The notes beneath the pieces were generated by a model that did not search any database, was not told the DNA's origin, and saw only the letters and a list, made by a program, of their open reading frames with translations. This document shows positions 63,883 through 64,000 of a stretch of DNA of 64,000 nt, one piece after another. Within the stretch, counting starts at the first letter, position 1. Each line of letters begins with the position of its first letter. This DNA is from an uncultured Gemmatimonadales bacterium (GTDB lineage Bacteria; Gemmatimonadota; Gemmatimonadetes; Gemmatimonadales; GWC2-71-9). The stretch is taken from contig CAVUAK010000001.1 of NCBI GenBank assembly GCA_963739455.1, positions 1,376,001 to 1,440,000 of the forward strand. Direction: 5' to 3'. A program made the position numbers and the translations under genes.

Positions 63883-64000
63883 GTACTTGCTGCTCGGCCT
63901 GCTGGCGGTCACGGGCTGCGGTGGTGGCGGCGGCGACGGCGGGGGTGACTGTGACCCGATCGCGGCGACGCTGGTGTCACGCATCGTCGTGACCCCGGCC
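63869..64000 (+). CDS. Lipoprotein, probably Ig-like, 3' truncated by window edge
   Basis: RYLLLGLLAVTGCGGGGGDGGG...SRIVVTPA. Confidence 0.55.
   Translation, partial: MVSSRYLLLGLLAVTGCGGGGGDGGGDCDPIAATLVSRIVVTPA

Overview
A 64-kb stretch of high-GC bacterial chromosome, about two-thirds GC by eye. The gene content (Ig-like lipoproteins, membrane Hanks kinase, DUF2911, DUF6526) suggests Gemmatimonadota or a relative, which is inference only. About 55 CDS are present, and I found no rRNA, tRNA, CRISPR array or mobile element. Many conserved genes carry single-base frameshifts that look like long-read errors. Main loci: an NHEJ cluster (UvrD with an inserted DEDDh exonuclease, ku, ligD); a sigma54-preceded long coiled-coil gene; EF-P with an unusual PGNLR loop; a PQQ alcohol-dehydrogenase-like gene with a lanthanide-type WDxD motif, flanked by two sulfocyanin-like cupredoxins (one with Glu replacing the axial Met); a TMEM2/CEMIP-like G8 protein; DUF1015-serA-serC; a short Rho with a degenerate primary RNA-binding site; and a coupled hypothetical-fahA-selO-HD operon. 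The strongest unexplained signal is a dense set of about 30 short tandem-repeat arrays. Twelve G-rich 9-mer arrays all lie on the + strand whatever the gene direction, most contain the KOPS octamer GGGNAGGG, and they are translated in four different frames inside proteins. The 7/8-mer arrays are almost all intergenic, often begin at a stop codon and give stops in all three frames. A 21-mer family carries a perfect Shine-Dalgarno at gene 3' ends, and several arrays form the arms of stop-to-stop palindromes.
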